DNA of 64,000 nucleotides from Escherichia coli (GCF_024223415.1 NZ_CP100501.1), one strand, 5' to 3'; positions 9,180 to 21,682 are shown, counted from the stretch's first letter. Notes: generated by a model from the sequence alone, not told the origin. Numbers and translations: made by a program.

Positions 9180-11306
9180 ATGGAACCGATGTACCGCAGG
9201 CTGACCAGTCCCCACTCAGACCTGATTATTAAAACCCACCCGTATGCAGAGATTGTCTGGTGGGGATCCACCCTGAAACACTTTTCACCGGATGACTGTA
9301 TCAGCCTGGAAAGGCCGGTTGCGAATGGTCGTCTGGATACCGACACCCCACTGACGCTGATGGCCGAAAACGGCGCGGGACTTTTTGGCTCGCCGGGGCT
9401 GGAGGGACACCGCAACGGGCTGGATGCGTCCCCTGTGTTCCGTACCATCAGCGTGGTACAGGCCGGAGAATCACTCACCCTGACCAGTGAGGATGCAGTG
9501 GCGGGTCTGCGCATGGTCAGTGAACTGGTGCTGACATCGTCCGGTGTGCTGAAGATGCGTCATGCCCTGACGAACCTCCGTGAAGGGGACTGGCAGGTGA
9601 ACCGCTTCGCCATCACGCTCCCTGTGGCTGAAAGGGCAGAGGAAGTCATGGCCTTCCACGGACGCTGGACTCGTGAGTTTCAGCCGCACAGGGTCCGTCT
9701 CACACATGACGGTTTTGTGCTGGAGAACCGCCGGGGCCGCACGTCCCATGAGCATTTTCCGGCACTGATTGCCGGTGCCCCCGGTTTCTCAGAACAGCAG
9801 GGCGAGGTGTGGGCCGTACATCTGGGCTGGAGTGGCAACCATCGCATGAAATGTGAGGTCAAAACTGACGGACGGCGTTACCTCCAGGCGGAAGCACTGT
9901 GGATGCCCGGAGAAAAAGCCCTGAAGAAGGATGAGACCGTGTACACGCCGTGGCTGTACGCCAGCTATTCCCCGGAGGGGCTCAATGGTATGAGTCAGCA
10001 GTACCACCGTTTTCTGCGCGATGAAATCATCCGTTTTCCTGAGCAGAAACCCCGTCCGGTGCACCTCAATACCTGGGAAGGTATTTATTTTGACCACGAC
10101 CCGAACTACATCATGCAGATGGCCGGACGTGCGGCAGCGCTTGGCGTTGAACGTTTCATTATCGACGACGGCTGGTTTAAGGGGCGCAATGATGACCATG
10201 CGGCTCTGGGCGACTGGTATCTGGATGAACAGAAGTATCCGGACGGACTGATGCCGGTGATTAACCATGTGAAATCTCTCGGCATGGAGTTCGGTATCTG
10301 GGTGGAACCGGAAATGATTAACCCGGACTCTGACCTCTTTCGCCGCCATCCTGACTGGGTACTGTCAATGCCGGGGTACACACAACCAACCGGGAGACAT
10401 CAGTATGTTCTCAACCTGAACATTCCTGAGGCCTTTGCTTACATTTATGAACGCTGTTTATGGCTGCTGGGCGAACACCCAGTTGACTATGTGAAATGGG
10501 ACATGAACCGCGAGCTGGTCCAGGCCGGGCATGAAGGTCGGGCGGCGGCGGACGCGCAGACCCGTCAGTTTTACCGGCTGCTGGATCTCCTGCGCGAACG
10601 TTTTCCCCGTGTTGAGTTTGAGTCCTGCGCTTCCGGCGGTGGACGTATCGACTTTGAGGTTCTGACCCGCACGCACCGCTTCTGGGCTTCTGACAACAAT
10701 GACGCCCTGGAGCGCTGCACCATACAGCGTGGCATGAGTTACTTTTTCCCGCCGGAGGTTATGGGGGCACACATCGGTCATCATCGCTGCCATGCCACCT
10801 TCCGGCAGCACAGCATTGCCTTTCGCGGTCTGACGGCCCTGTTCGGTCATATGGGACTGGAGCTGGATCCGGTAACGGCCGGAGAAGAGGAATCCGCCGG
10901 TTACCGCCGCTATGCCTCGCTCTACAAAGAATGGCGGCAGCTTATCCACACGGGCACCCTATGGCGGGTGGATATGCCGGATGCGGCGACACAGGTGCAG
11001 GGGGTGGTCAGCCCGGATCAGTCGCAGGCGCTCTTCCTGGTGAGCCAGCTTGCCATGCCGGATCACACCCTGCCGGGTGCTCTACGTTTTCCGGGGCTGG
11101 CACCACAGGCCCGTTACCGGCTTCGTGTTGTTGACCATCCGGATATTCAGCTGGTCGGTGAAGGCGGGCATACCATGCGCAGGCTGCCCGGCTGGATGAA
11201 CCAGACCTCCGACATCAGTGGGGAATGGCTGGCGCAGGCCGGTATTCAGCTTCCCGTACTGGATCCGGAAAGCGCCATGCTGATTGCCCTTGAACGTTTG
11301 GCATAA
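9180..11306 (+). CDS. rafA: Alpha-galactosidase (GH36)
   Basis: 708 aa; size and operon context; GH36-like acidic motifs (DDGWF, WVEPEM). Confidence 0.85.
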   Translation: MEPMYRRLTSPHSDLIIKTHPYAEIVWWGSTLKHFSPDDCISLERPVANGRLDTDTPLTLMAENGAGLFGSPGLEGHRNGLDASPVFRTISVVQAGESLTLTSEDAVAGLRMVSELVLTSSGVLKMRHALTNLREGDWQVNRFAITLPVAERAEEVMAFHGRWTREFQPHRVRLTHDGFVLENRRGRTSHEHFPALIAGAPGFSEQQGEVWAVHLGWSGNHRMKCEVKTDGRRYLQAEALWMPGEKALKKDETVYTPWLYASYSPEGLNGMSQQYHRFLRDEIIRFPEQKPRPVHLNTWEGIYFDHDPNYIMQMAGRAAALGVERFIIDDGWFKGRNDDHAALGDWYLDEQKYPDGLMPVINHVKSLGMEFGIWVEPEMINPDSDLFRRHPDWVLSMPGYTQPTGRHQYVLNLNIPEAFAYIYERCLWLLGEHPVDYVKWDMNRELVQAGHEGRAAADAQTRQFYRLLDLLRERFPRVEFESCASGGGRIDFEVLTRTHRFWASDNNDALERCTIQRGMSYFFPPEVMGAHIGHHRCHATFRQHSIAFRGLTALFGHMGLELDPVTAGEEESAGYRRYASLYKEWRQLIHTGTLWRVDMPDAATQVQGVVSPDQSQALFLVSQLAMPDHTLPGALRFPGLAPQARYRLRVVDHPDIQLVGEGGHTMRRLPGWMNQTSDISGEWLAQAGIQLPVLDPESAMLIALERLA

Positions 11307-11360
11307 AAGGACCGGAGCCGGTCACGGCTCCCTGCACTCAGTCCCGTGAGGATAACAATA

Positions 11361-12638
11361 ATGAATACTGTCAGTACTCATAAAAACCCCGATTTCTGGA
11401 TATTTGGTCTGTTCTTTTTTCTCTACTTTTTCATCATGGCAACCTGTTTCCCGTTTCTGCCCGTCTGGCTGTCAGACATTGTGGGGCTGAGTAAAACGGA
11501 TACCGGGATTGTTTTTTCATGCCTCTCCCTGTTTGCCATCAGCTTCCAGCCGCTGCTGGGGGTCATCTCAGACCGTCTTGGCCTGAAAAAACACCTGATG
11601 TGGATCATCAGCCTGCTGCTGGTCCTGTTTGCACCGTTCTTTCTGTACGTTTTTGCGCCGCTGCTGCGGTTCAACATCTGGGCCGGAGCACTGAGCGGCG
11701 GGATTTTTATCGGCTTCGTTTTTTCTGCGGGAGCCGGTGCCATCGAAGCCTATATTGAACGTGTCAGCCGCAGCAGCGGATTTGAATACGGTAAGGCCCG
11801 GATGTTCGGCTGTCTGGGCTGGGCGCTGTGTGCCACCACGGCAGGGCTGCTTTTCAACGTGGATCCGTCCCTGGTATTCTGGATGGGGTCCGGCTGCGCA
11901 TTGCTGCTGGTCCTTCTGGTGGCGCTGGCGCGTCCCGGAACCAGTCAGACAGCGATGGTCATGAATGCGCTGGGTGCCAACTCGCCCGTGATTTCCGCCG
12001 GAATGGTGTTCAGTCTGTTTCGTATGCGTCAGATGTGGATGTTCGTGCTTTACATGATTGGGGTGGCCTGCGTCTATGACGTGTTTGACCAGCAGTTTGC
12101 CACGTTCTTCCGTGCATTTTTTGACACGCCGCAGGCAGGGATCCGGGCATTTGGTTTTGCCACCACGGCTGGCGAGATTTGCAATGCCATCATCATGTTC
12201 TGCTCCCCCTGGATAATCAACCGCATTGGTGCCAAAAACACACTGCTTGTCGCGGGTCTGATTATGACCATCCGCATCACAGGATCGGCCTTTGCCACCA
12301 CGGCTACTGAAGTGGTGATCCTGAAAATGCTGCATGCCCTTGAAGTCCCATTCCTGCTGGTTGGTGCGTTCAAGTATATCACCGGCGTGTTTGATACCCG
12401 GCTGTCGGCCACCATTTATCTGATTGGCTTTCAGTTCTCCAAACAACTGGCGGCGATATTCCTCTCAACCTTTGCAGGTCACCTGTATGACCGCATGGGG
12501 TTCCAGAACACCTATCTGGTTCTGGGCGGTATTGTCCTTGCGGTCACCGTGTTATCGGCTTTCACCCTGAGCAGTACCCGTAAAACGGCTGCCCCGTCAG
12601 CAGAAACCGCTACAGCACAGACGGAGGTTCGCTTATGA
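11361..12638 (+). CDS. rafB: Raffinose permease (LacY-family MFS oligosaccharide:H+ symporter)
   Basis: Strong similarity to remembered LacY (NPDFWIFGLFFFLYFFIMATCFPF.., ..SDRLGLKKHL..). Confidence 0.9.
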   Translation: MNTVSTHKNPDFWIFGLFFFLYFFIMATCFPFLPVWLSDIVGLSKTDTGIVFSCLSLFAISFQPLLGVISDRLGLKKHLMWIISLLLVLFAPFFLYVFAPLLRFNIWAGALSGGIFIGFVFSAGAGAIEAYIERVSRSSGFEYGKARMFGCLGWALCATTAGLLFNVDPSLVFWMGSGCALLLVLLVALARPGTSQTAMVMNALGANSPVISAGMVFSLFRMRQMWMFVLYMIGVACVYDVFDQQFATFFRAFFDTPQAGIRAFGFATTAGEICNAIIMFCSPWIINRIGAKNTLLVAGLIMTIRITGSAFATTATEVVILKMLHALEVPFLLVGAFKYITGVFDTRLSATIYLIGFQFSKQLAAIFLSTFAGHLYDRMGFQNTYLVLGGIVLAVTVLSAFTLSSTRKTAAPSAETATAQTEVRL

Positions 12639-14065
12639 AACAGCGTCTTGCCTCTGCACAGGTTGCACTTGATACACTCCGCGCCCGTCGTGGTGATACC
12701 TGGTACCCGGTTTTTCATCTGGCTCCACCTGCCGGATGGATGAATGATCCGAACGGGCTTATTTATTTCAGCGGTCGCTATCACGCATTCTTTCAGCACC
12801 ATCCGGCAAGTGAACATCAGGGGCCGATGCACTGGGGACATGCCACCAGTCCGGACATGCTGCACTGGCAGCATGAGCCGGTTGCGCTGGCACCCGGTGA
12901 TGAATATGACCGGGATGGCTGTTTTTCCGGCAGCGCAGTGGACGACAACGGCGTGCTGTCGCTTATCTACACCGGTCATCTCTGTCTGGAGGATCGGGGG
13001 GATGACAGCATCATCCGCGAAGTCCAGTGTCTGGCAACCAGCCGTGACGGCATTCACTTTGAGAAACAGGGCTGCGTGCTGACGCCACCGGAAGGCATCA
13101 TGCATTTCCGTGACCCGAAGGTCTGGCGGGAAGGGGGATACTGGTGGATGGTTATCGGCGCGCGGGATACCTCTGACACCGGTCAGGTGCTGCTGTATCG
13201 CGGCACATCCCTGCGGGACTGGCGCCAGGAACGGGTTCTGGCGCAGTCGGCAGCCGGAGAAAGCTATATGTGGGAATGTCCGGACTTTTTCCGCTGTGGC
13301 GACCATCACTGGCTGATGTTCTCCCCGCAGGGGATGACGCCCGGCGGATACCGGTTCCGCAACCGCTTTCAGAGCGGAGTTTTACCGGGTCACTGGCAGC
13401 CGGGGGCCGCCTTTGCCCTGAGCGGGGCATTTGAAGAACTGGATCACGGTCATGATTTTTATGCCCCGCAGTCCCTGGTCGCGGAGGACGGACGGCGCAT
13501 CATCATGGCCTGGATGAATATGTGGGACTCCCCGATGCCTACAAAGCGTGAGGCCTGGGCCGGATGTCTGACCCTGCCGAGGGAACTTTTTGAACGCCAT
13601 GGTCGTCTGTGTCAGCGTCCGGTTCGCGAAGCCGAATCCCTTCGCGGGACGTGCCAGCCGTTACACCCTGTAAGGCTCAGTGGCACGCAGTTGCTGGCTG
13701 AGAACGCACAGGCCGTGGAACTGGTGCTGACGTGGCATACCCTCGACAGTCAGGCAGAGCATTACGGCATCCACCTGGGAGACGGGCTCCGGCTGTATGT
13801 GGATAACCAGGCAGGACGGCTGGTGCTTTGGCGTCACTACCCGGATGAGGGGCTGGACGGTTACCGCAGTATCGCGCTGCCTGGCGCAGAATATCTGACG
13901 CTACGGGTTTTCCTGGACCGTTCATCGGTGGAAGTGTTCGTTAACGATGGCGATGCCACCCTGTCCAGCCGTATTTACCCGCAGCCCGGAACCCGCCGGT
14001 TGTCGCTATATGCAGCTCACGGCGAGGCTGTGCTGACGGACGGCTCACTGTGGACGCTGGCCTGA
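12635..14065 (+). CDS. rafD: Raffinose invertase / sucrose hydrolase (GH32)
   Basis: GH32 motifs WMNDPNG, RDP, EC; overlaps rafB stop. Confidence 0.85.
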   Translation: MKQRLASAQVALDTLRARRGDTWYPVFHLAPPAGWMNDPNGLIYFSGRYHAFFQHHPASEHQGPMHWGHATSPDMLHWQHEPVALAPGDEYDRDGCFSGSAVDDNGVLSLIYTGHLCLEDRGDDSIIREVQCLATSRDGIHFEKQGCVLTPPEGIMHFRDPKVWREGGYWWMVIGARDTSDTGQVLLYRGTSLRDWRQERVLAQSAAGESYMWECPDFFRCGDHHWLMFSPQGMTPGGYRFRNRFQSGVLPGHWQPGAAFALSGAFEELDHGHDFYAPQSLVAEDGRRIIMAWMNMWDSPMPTKREAWAGCLTLPRELFERHGRLCQRPVREAESLRGTCQPLHPVRLSGTQLLAENAQAVELVLTWHTLDSQAEHYGIHLGDGLRLYVDNQAGRLVLWRHYPDEGLDGYRSIALPGAEYLTLRVFLDRSSVEVFVNDGDATLSSRIYPQPGTRRLSLYAAHGEAVLTDGSLWTLA

Positions 14066-14128
14066 AATAATTCCACTGCCGTCGGTGACGGCAGTACTTT
14101 CGGTTCACCCGTAATGAAGGAAAGCACA

Positions 14129-14644
14129 ATGGGATTACTGGGCAGGATTAAACAACTGATAAGTGAAAATGAGAAACCGGCGGAAGTCACCCGCGTGATG
14201 GCACCGCTGTCCGGTGAAATTGTCCCTCTGGACACGGTTCCGGATGCTGTGTTTGCCGGGAAAATAGTGGGGGATGGTATTGCTATCCGTCCTTCCGGCG
14301 GCGATACCTTGGTGGCTCCTGTCAGCGGCACTATCGGTAAAATACTGGAGACAAACCACGCGTTTTCCATCCGCACCGACAGTGGCACTGAACTGTTCGT
14401 GCACTTCGGTATTAACACAGTTGACCTCAGGGGAGAGGGTTTCCGGCGTATTGCCCAGGAAGACCAGCTGATCAGCACCGGTGACCCCGTCATCGGGTTT
14501 GACCTTGCGTTACTTCAGAAGAAAGCACAGTCCACGCTGACACCGGTGATTGTGGCGGACTCTGACCGTGTCCAGGAGATAACCCTGTTCTCCGGCCCGG
14601 TCATCGCCGGAGAAACACCGGTTTTTGATATCAGCAGCCAGTAA
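14129..14644 (+). CDS. PTS EIIA-Glc (Crr) paralog
   Basis: Aligns along its length with remembered E. coli Crr (APLSGEIV..VFA.KIVGDGIAI..TNHAFSI..SG.ELFVHFGI.TV.L.GEGF); alternative ATG at 14114. Confidence 0.8.
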   Translation: MGLLGRIKQLISENEKPAEVTRVMAPLSGEIVPLDTVPDAVFAGKIVGDGIAIRPSGGDTLVAPVSGTIGKILETNHAFSIRTDSGTELFVHFGINTVDLRGEGFRRIAQEDQLISTGDPVIGFDLALLQKKAQSTLTPVIVADSDRVQEITLFSGPVIAGETPVFDISSQ

Positions 14645-14914
14645 GCGCCATGAGTGACAATATCGCCAGCGGGCAGCTGGTATCAGGGAAAGCCGCACAT
14701 CTGACCTGGTGCGGGCTGGTAGCCCTGCATCTGGCCCGCCGGGATGGCCGGATTGCGTCAAAAATCCAGGAAAACCTGTTTCTAAACCGCTGGCGGAGCA
14801 CAGCACTGAAACAGCACCGTTTTCCCCGCACATATCAGAGCCCTGCAGAGTGAAAGCGGGGCGAAAGATATCCGCAGCAGGCTGGAGTATCTGTGGCAGG
14901 CCTGCTCTGGTGAT

Positions 14915-15226
14915 GTGTCGGTACAGACTGACCTGTTCCGCCTGACATTCGCCCTGGAAACCATCAGGGAGCAGGGCTGGTGCTGGCGGATACTGAGCGA
15001 CCGGAAATGGGAGGGGCGTAATGTCGTGGTTCCGAACGGGGATGCCGGCAGCTTTTATCTTTCCCGCTCACGTCTTGAGGCGGCATTTGATTATCAGGGG
15101 AGGTTGCTGCATCCCCTGACCGGCGATGTGTCTGCCCTCGCTGCCCTGCTCCGGAATGCGGGTTGGTATCCAATTCCAGCCGGAACCACGGATATGGCGA
15201 TGTTTGAGCTGTCTGTCATCCGCTGA
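14915..15226 (+). CDS. Hypothetical protein (103 aa); may be part of a frameshifted longer gene with 14650-14853
   Basis: ORF only; lies in a 600-bp gap between EIIA paralog and fructokinase. Confidence 0.3.
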   Translation: MSVQTDLFRLTFALETIREQGWCWRILSDRKWEGRNVVVPNGDAGSFYLSRSRLEAAFDYQGRLLHPLTGDVSALAALLRNAGWYPIPAGTTDMAMFELSVIR

Positions 15227-15255
15227 ATATGACTGATGAAAATCATGGAGTATGA

Positions 15256-16182
15256 ATGAGTACAGTAAAAGTATGGGGTCTCGGTGATGCCGTGGTGGAT
15301 TTATTACCGGAGAAGCCGGGCACGCTGTTGCAGTGCCCTGGTGGTGCGCCTGCCAATGTTGCCGTGGGCGTGGCCCGACTGGGGGGCCTGAGCGGGTTTG
15401 TCGGGTGTGTGGGGGATGACCCTTTCGGGCGTTTTATGCGCAAAACCCTGGCTGATGAGGGCGTGGACACGGCGTATATGCATACCGACCCTCTGTACCG
15501 GACTTCCACAGTGGTGGTGTCGCTGGTGCCGGGTGGTGAACGAACCTTCACATTTATGGTGCGCCCTTCGGCAGACCTTTTCCTTACCCCTGATGATTTA
15601 CCGCCCTTTCGTGCCGGTGAATGGCTGCATACCTGCTCCAATGCCCTGAGTGCAGAGCCCTGCCGCAGCGCCACGTTTCAGGCCATGGAGAACATCCGGC
15701 AGGCTGGCGGCAGGGTCAGCTTTGACCCCAACATCCGGACTGACCTGTGGCAGAGCACATCGCAACTGCGTGAGTGTCTGCACCGGGCGCTCATGCTGGC
15801 GGATGTGGCAAAGGTATCGGAAGAGGAACTGTTCTTTATCAGCGGTGAACAGGATGTCCGGAAGGGAACCGATGTTCTGGCATCACATTATCCCCTGGCA
15901 CTGCTGCTGGTAACCCAAGGAAAGGATGGCGTGATGGCTCGCTGGCAGGGAAAAAACCTGTACTTCCCGGCAACACCGGTGGTGAGTGTGGACACGACCG
16001 GTGCCGGTGACGCCTTCGTGGCAGGTCTGCTGGCAGCGCTGGCGGCAGAGGGGATGCCCTCCGGTGAGCAGGCACTCGCATCCGTCATCGAACAGGCCCA
16101 GCGCTGTGGTGCGCTTGCCACGACAGCAAAAGGTGCCATGACAGCGTTACCCCGTCGCCAGGATTTACTGAAACACCCCTGA
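15256..16182 (+). CDS. Fructokinase (PfkB/ribokinase family)
   Basis: 308 aa with PfkB motifs (GGAPANVA near N-terminus; DTTGAGDAF near C-terminus). Confidence 0.85.
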   Translation: MSTVKVWGLGDAVVDLLPEKPGTLLQCPGGAPANVAVGVARLGGLSGFVGCVGDDPFGRFMRKTLADEGVDTAYMHTDPLYRTSTVVVSLVPGGERTFTFMVRPSADLFLTPDDLPPFRAGEWLHTCSNALSAEPCRSATFQAMENIRQAGGRVSFDPNIRTDLWQSTSQLRECLHRALMLADVAKVSEEELFFISGEQDVRKGTDVLASHYPLALLLVTQGKDGVMARWQGKNLYFPATPVVSVDTTGAGDAFVAGLLAALAAEGMPSGEQALASVIEQAQRCGALATTAKGAMTALPRRQDLLKHP

Positions 16183-16230
16183 CCGTTTCCTGCCCGTAAC
16201 CGTTGTGCACGTCATTTTTGTTGCGGGTGA

Positions 16231-17778
<1,548 letters not shown>

Positions 17779-17783
17779 ACACT

Positions 17784-17809
17784 AACGCTCCCGGTGTACC
17801 GGGAGCGTT
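17784..17809 (+). terminator. Stem-loop downstream of porin gene (possible terminator, no clear T-tract)
   Basis: AACGCTCCCGG-TGTA-CCGGGAGCGTT perfect hairpin just after stop codon. Confidence 0.4.
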
Positions 17810-18014
17810 GCCGGTCATTGTCCCGTAAATGAAAGCGTTGTTCATCAATAGGAATTTAAACCCCAAAAAGATTAAAAAAACACCTGAAAAAGGGCGCTTT
17901 CTCAGCATCGTCACACATGCCATAACTTCGACGTCATCAATTAAATGGACTTCATTGATTGATACCGGGTATCGTGACGGGAGCCTGTTTAGGATTCTGT
18001 GTAAATGCCTTTTC

Positions 18015-18794
18015 TCAGAAGTGACCGTCCAGGCGGTCACCGAACTCGATAATAAAGCGGCTCATTGCCATTCGCCAGTCCTTCAACGGCATCGTCCATT
18101 TCTGGGACGCAGACTGGATTGCCAGCCACACCACTTTTTTCACCGAGTCGTCTGTCGGGAACACTTTACGCTTTTTGATCGCATGGCGGATCACGCTGTT
18201 TAGCGACTCGATGGCATTCGTCGTATAGATCACTTTGCGGATGTCCGTTGGATAAGCGAAGAACGTGGCAAGATTCGGCCAGTTAGCCTGCCAGCTTCGG
18301 CTTATCTGAGGATAGCGACTGTCCCAGGCCGCAGCGAACGCTTCCAGTGCCTGCTGACCTGCCTCTTCCGTGGGAGCCTGATAAATCGCTTTCAGGTCGC
18401 GAGTGACGGCCTTGTAGTCCTTCCATGACACGAAGCGCAGGCTGTTGCGCACCATATGCACGATGCATAACTGGATGCGGGCCTTCGGATATACTGTGTT
18501 GATGGCATCCGGGAAGCCTTTCAGGCCATCCACACAGGCGATGAGGATATCGTTCAGACCGCGGTTTTTCAGTTCAGTCAGCACATTGAGCCAGAACTTC
18601 GCCCCTTCATTTTCGGCCAGCCACATACCCAGCAGTTCTTTCTGACCTTCGATATTGATGCCCAGTGCCAGGAACACCGATTTGTTGATGACGCGACTGT
18701 CCTGCCGAACTTTCAGGACGATACAGTCAAGATAAACAATGGGGTAAACAGCATCCAGTGGTCTGTTTTGCCATTCTACAACCTGCTCCATCAC
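18015..18794 (-). pseudogene. IS256-family transposase, N-terminally truncated by IS629 insertion
   Basis: 259 aa matching the C-terminal two-thirds of IS256-family (Mutator-like) transposases; abuts IS629 left end at 18808. Confidence 0.7.
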
Positions 18795-18861
18795 GGCATC
18801 GGTGACCTGAACCGCCCCGGGAATCCTGGAGACTAAACTCCCTGAGAAAGAGGTAAACAGA

Positions 18862-19203
18862 ATGACTAAAAATACTCGTTTTTCCCCCGAAGTCCGTCAG
18901 AGGGCGATTCGTATGGTTCTGGAAAGTCAGGGCGAATATGACTCACAGTGGGCGGCAATTTGTTCCATTGCCCCAAAGATTGGCTGTACACCGGAGACTC
19001 TGCGTGTCTGGGTACGCCAGCATGAGCGGGATACCGGAGGCGGTGATGGCGGGCTCACCACCGCTGAACGTCAGCGTCTGAAAGAGCTGGAACGTGAAAA
19101 TCGTGAACGCGCCGCAGTAACGATATCCTTCGCCAGGCTTCCGCTTATTTTGCGAAGGCGGAGTTCGACCGCCTCTGGAAAAAGTGATGCCACTGCTGGA
19201 TAA
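18862..19203 (+). CDS. IS629-like OrfA (C-terminus altered by frameshift)
   Basis: Identical to copy-2 OrfA through ..[10 protein letters not shown], then diverges. Confidence 0.75.
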   Translation: MTKNTRFSPEVRQRAIRMVLESQGEYDSQWAAICSIAPKIGCTPETLRVWVRQHERDTGGGDGGLTTAERQRLKELERENRERAAVTISFARLPLILRRRSSTASGKSDATAG

Positions 19204-20074
19204 GCTGCGTAAGCTGTACGGGGTCGGACCGGTATGCAGTGAACTACATATTGCCCCGTCAACGTATTACCACTGTCAGCAACAGCGACATCATCCTGAT
19301 AAACGCAGTGCCCGTGCGCAGCGCGATGACTGGCTGAAGAAAGAGATACTGCGCGTATACGATGGGAATCATCAGGTATACGGTGTGCGTAAAGTCTGGC
19401 GTCAGTTGTTACGGGAAGGAATCAGGGTAGCCAGATGTACAGTGGCGCGCCTCATGGCGGTTATGGGACTTGCCGGTGTTCTCCGGGGTAAAAAGGTCCG
19501 CACTACCGTCAGCCGGAAAGCCGTTGCCGCAGGCGACCGCGTAAACCGTCAGTTTGTGGCAGAACGTCCTGACCAGTTGTGGGTGGCTGATTTTACTTAC
19601 GTCAGCACATGGCAGGGGGTCGTCTATGTGGCGTTCATCATTGATGTGTTTGCCGGATACATCGTGGGGTGGCGGGTCTCATCGTCTATGGAAACGACAT
19701 TCGTGCTGGATGCTCTGGAGCAGGCGTTATGGGCCCGTCGACCGTCCGGCACAGTCCATCACAGTGATAAAGGTTCTCAGTATGTATCGCTGGCCTACAC
19801 ACAGCGGCTTAAGGAAGCCGGATTACTGGCATCAACAGGAAGTACTGGTGACTCGTATGACAACGCGATGGCGGAGAGCATCAATGGCCTTTACAAAGCG
19901 GAGGTAATACACCGTAAGAGCTGGAAAAACCGGACAGAAGTGGAGCTGGCCACACTCACGTGGGTGGACTGGTATAACAATCGACGATTGCTGGAAAGGC
20001 TGGGCCATATCCCACCGGCAGAAGCAGAAAAAGCTTATTATGCTTCCATCGGAAACGATGATCTGGCAGCCTGA
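19184..20074 (+). CDS. IS629-like OrfB (DDE transposase)
   Basis: 296 aa, IS3-family integrase core; near-identical to copy 2. Confidence 0.85.
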   Translation: MMPLLDKLRKLYGVGPVCSELHIAPSTYYHCQQQRHHPDKRSARAQRDDWLKKEILRVYDGNHQVYGVRKVWRQLLREGIRVARCTVARLMAVMGLAGVLRGKKVRTTVSRKAVAAGDRVNRQFVAERPDQLWVADFTYVSTWQGVVYVAFIIDVFAGYIVGWRVSSSMETTFVLDALEQALWARRPSGTVHHSDKGSQYVSLAYTQRLKEAGLLASTGSTGDSYDNAMAESINGLYKAEVIHRKSWKNRTEVELATLTWVDWYNNRRLLERLGHIPPAEAEKAYYASIGNDDLAA

Positions 20075-20116
20075 GTTCACAGATAAAACACTCTCCAGGA
20101 AACCCGGGGCGGTTCA

Positions 20117-20550
20117 GTAATACCGGTGATCTCGAGGCCCGTTTGCAGAAGAACGGGAGTGTTCGTTTCCGTGACCGTCGGACGGGAGAGTTTGTCTGTA
20201 CGGATTATGGTGACAGGGTTGTTTTCCGTAATCACCATGACCGCAATGCGCTGGCAGATAAACTGGATTTGATTGCACCTGTATTGTTTGAGCGTGATCC
20301 CAGAATGGGCTTTGAACCAGAAGGAAACGACAAACAATTTAACCAGGTCTTTGCTGAAATGGTTGCCTGGCATAATGTGACAGGCCGTACCGGTCACGAA
20401 GACTACAGGATTACACGACCGGATGTGGATCATCACCGGGAAGGAAGTGAACGCTACTACCGCGATTATATCGCGGCGAACAGCAACGATGACGCATCAC
20501 TGCCTCCGCCGGAGCAGGATAAACGCTGGGAACCGCCATCTCCCGTATGA
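20117..20550 (+). pseudogene. 3' portion of an unknown gene truncated by IS629
   Basis: Reading frame is open from the IS629 right end; no start codon context. Confidence 0.4.
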
Positions 20551-20603
20551 CCTGTGTCCCTTAGCGAAAATCTCGTAGCTTCTCTCTCAATGAGGGCGGG
20601 TAT

Positions 20604-20738
20604 TTGACATCCTCCACGCCCTAAGGACGTGGGTTCCTGCTTCAACGGGCGGCATCCGTCATCCGCCAATACATTGAATAGCAGCAGACACCTGGTTAGG
20701 TGGAAAACAGCGCTTTATATCCCCGTTGAAGGACGGGG
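20604..20738. repeat. 135-bp structured direct repeat, copy 1 (copy 2 at 29292-29426)
   Basis: About 97% identical copies 8.7 kb apart, each containing several hairpins (CCACG..CGTGG, GGCGG..CCGCC, CCCCG..CGGGG). Confidence 0.85.
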
Positions 20739-21008
20739 GTAAGGGGTATTTGTTAAAAATCAGCACTATCCCTGCCAAATAGGATGATTAATATCACAAT
20801 ATATCGACAATTTTTTTAATATTAAACAAATAAACATTTGAAAAAAGTTGTTTATGAATGTCATAGATTGATATAAATCACATTTTTCATAACAACATTT
20901 AGACACCTCAAAAATATTCGCTCCTGTAAAACAACTTTTTTTTCTGTTGTGGGTCACCTTTATATTGAATACTCGTCACCAGTAAACAATATATACTGGA
21001 GATTTGTC

Positions 21009-21677
21009 ATGACGATATCCATTTTTCAGGCTCAACCCTTTGAATTACCCTTTGATCCGTGCACAACGGCACTGATCATGATAGACATGCAACGTGATTT
21101 TGTCGAAGCAGGAGGGTTTGGAGAAGCATTGGGTAATGATGTTTCACTGGTTCGCACGGCTATCGCACCATGTAAAGAAGTTCTGGCAGCCGCACGTCAA
21201 AAAGGAATTATGGTTATTCATACCCGTGAAGGCCATCGTGAAGACTTAAGCGACTGCCCATCAGCCAAACTGACGCGCGGCGGAAAAACCTTTATTGGTG
21301 AACCAGGACCGATGGGACGCATTCTGGTCAGGGGTGAGGCAGGTCATGACATCATTCCTGAACTGTATCCGGTGACAGGCGAACCTGTGATTGATAAACC
21401 CGGTAAAGGCGCTTTTTATCAAACCGACTTACATCTGATTTTGCAAAAGCGTGGTATCAAGACACTTATTGTTTGTGGCGTGACTACCGAAGTTTGCGTA
21501 ACCACCACCGTGCGTGAAGCAAATGACCGTGGCTATGAATGCATCATACCGGAAGATTGCGTTGGCTCCTATTTCCCGGAATTCCAGAAATACGCCCTTG
21601 AGATGATCAAAGCACAAGGTGCCATTTTCGGTTGGGTTACTGATTCCAAAGCCATTATTGCAGGTCTGGAAGGCTAA
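21009..21677 (+). CDS. Isochorismatase-family cysteine hydrolase
   Basis: ALIMIDMQRDF motif with catalytic Asp, VCGVTTEVCV with catalytic Cys. Confidence 0.75.
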   Translation: MTISIFQAQPFELPFDPCTTALIMIDMQRDFVEAGGFGEALGNDVSLVRTAIAPCKEVLAAARQKGIMVIHTREGHREDLSDCPSAKLTRGGKTFIGEPGPMGRILVRGEAGHDIIPELYPVTGEPVIDKPGKGAFYQTDLHLILQKRGIKTLIVCGVTTEVCVTTTVREANDRGYECIIPEDCVGSYFPEFQKYALEMIKAQGAIFGWVTDSKAIIAGLEG

Positions 21678-21682
21678 CGCCG

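Larger units (their letters stand above)
18808..20116 (+). mobile_element. IS629-like (IS3 family) copy 1
   Basis: Ends TGAACCGCCCCGGG...CCCGGGGCGGTTCA; orfA/orfB pair; 1-bp deletion alters the orfA C-terminus relative to copy 2. Confidence 0.85.

Noticed and set aside
11568-12446. Long antisense ORF (292 aa) opposite rafB, and similar antisense ORFs opposite rafA, rafD, the porin gene and the high-GC iron cluster
   Set aside because: They overlap well-supported genes on the other strand, have Arg/Gly/Pro-rich low-complexity translations, and are the expected by-product of high GC content.
20466-20669. Minus-strand ORFs 20466-20669 and 29163-29357 sharing an identical 22-aa N-terminus (MADDGCRPLKQEP..)
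   Set aside because: The shared part lies entirely within the 135-bp DNA repeat and the rest of each ORF is unrelated; this is an artefact of the repeat, not a conserved protein.
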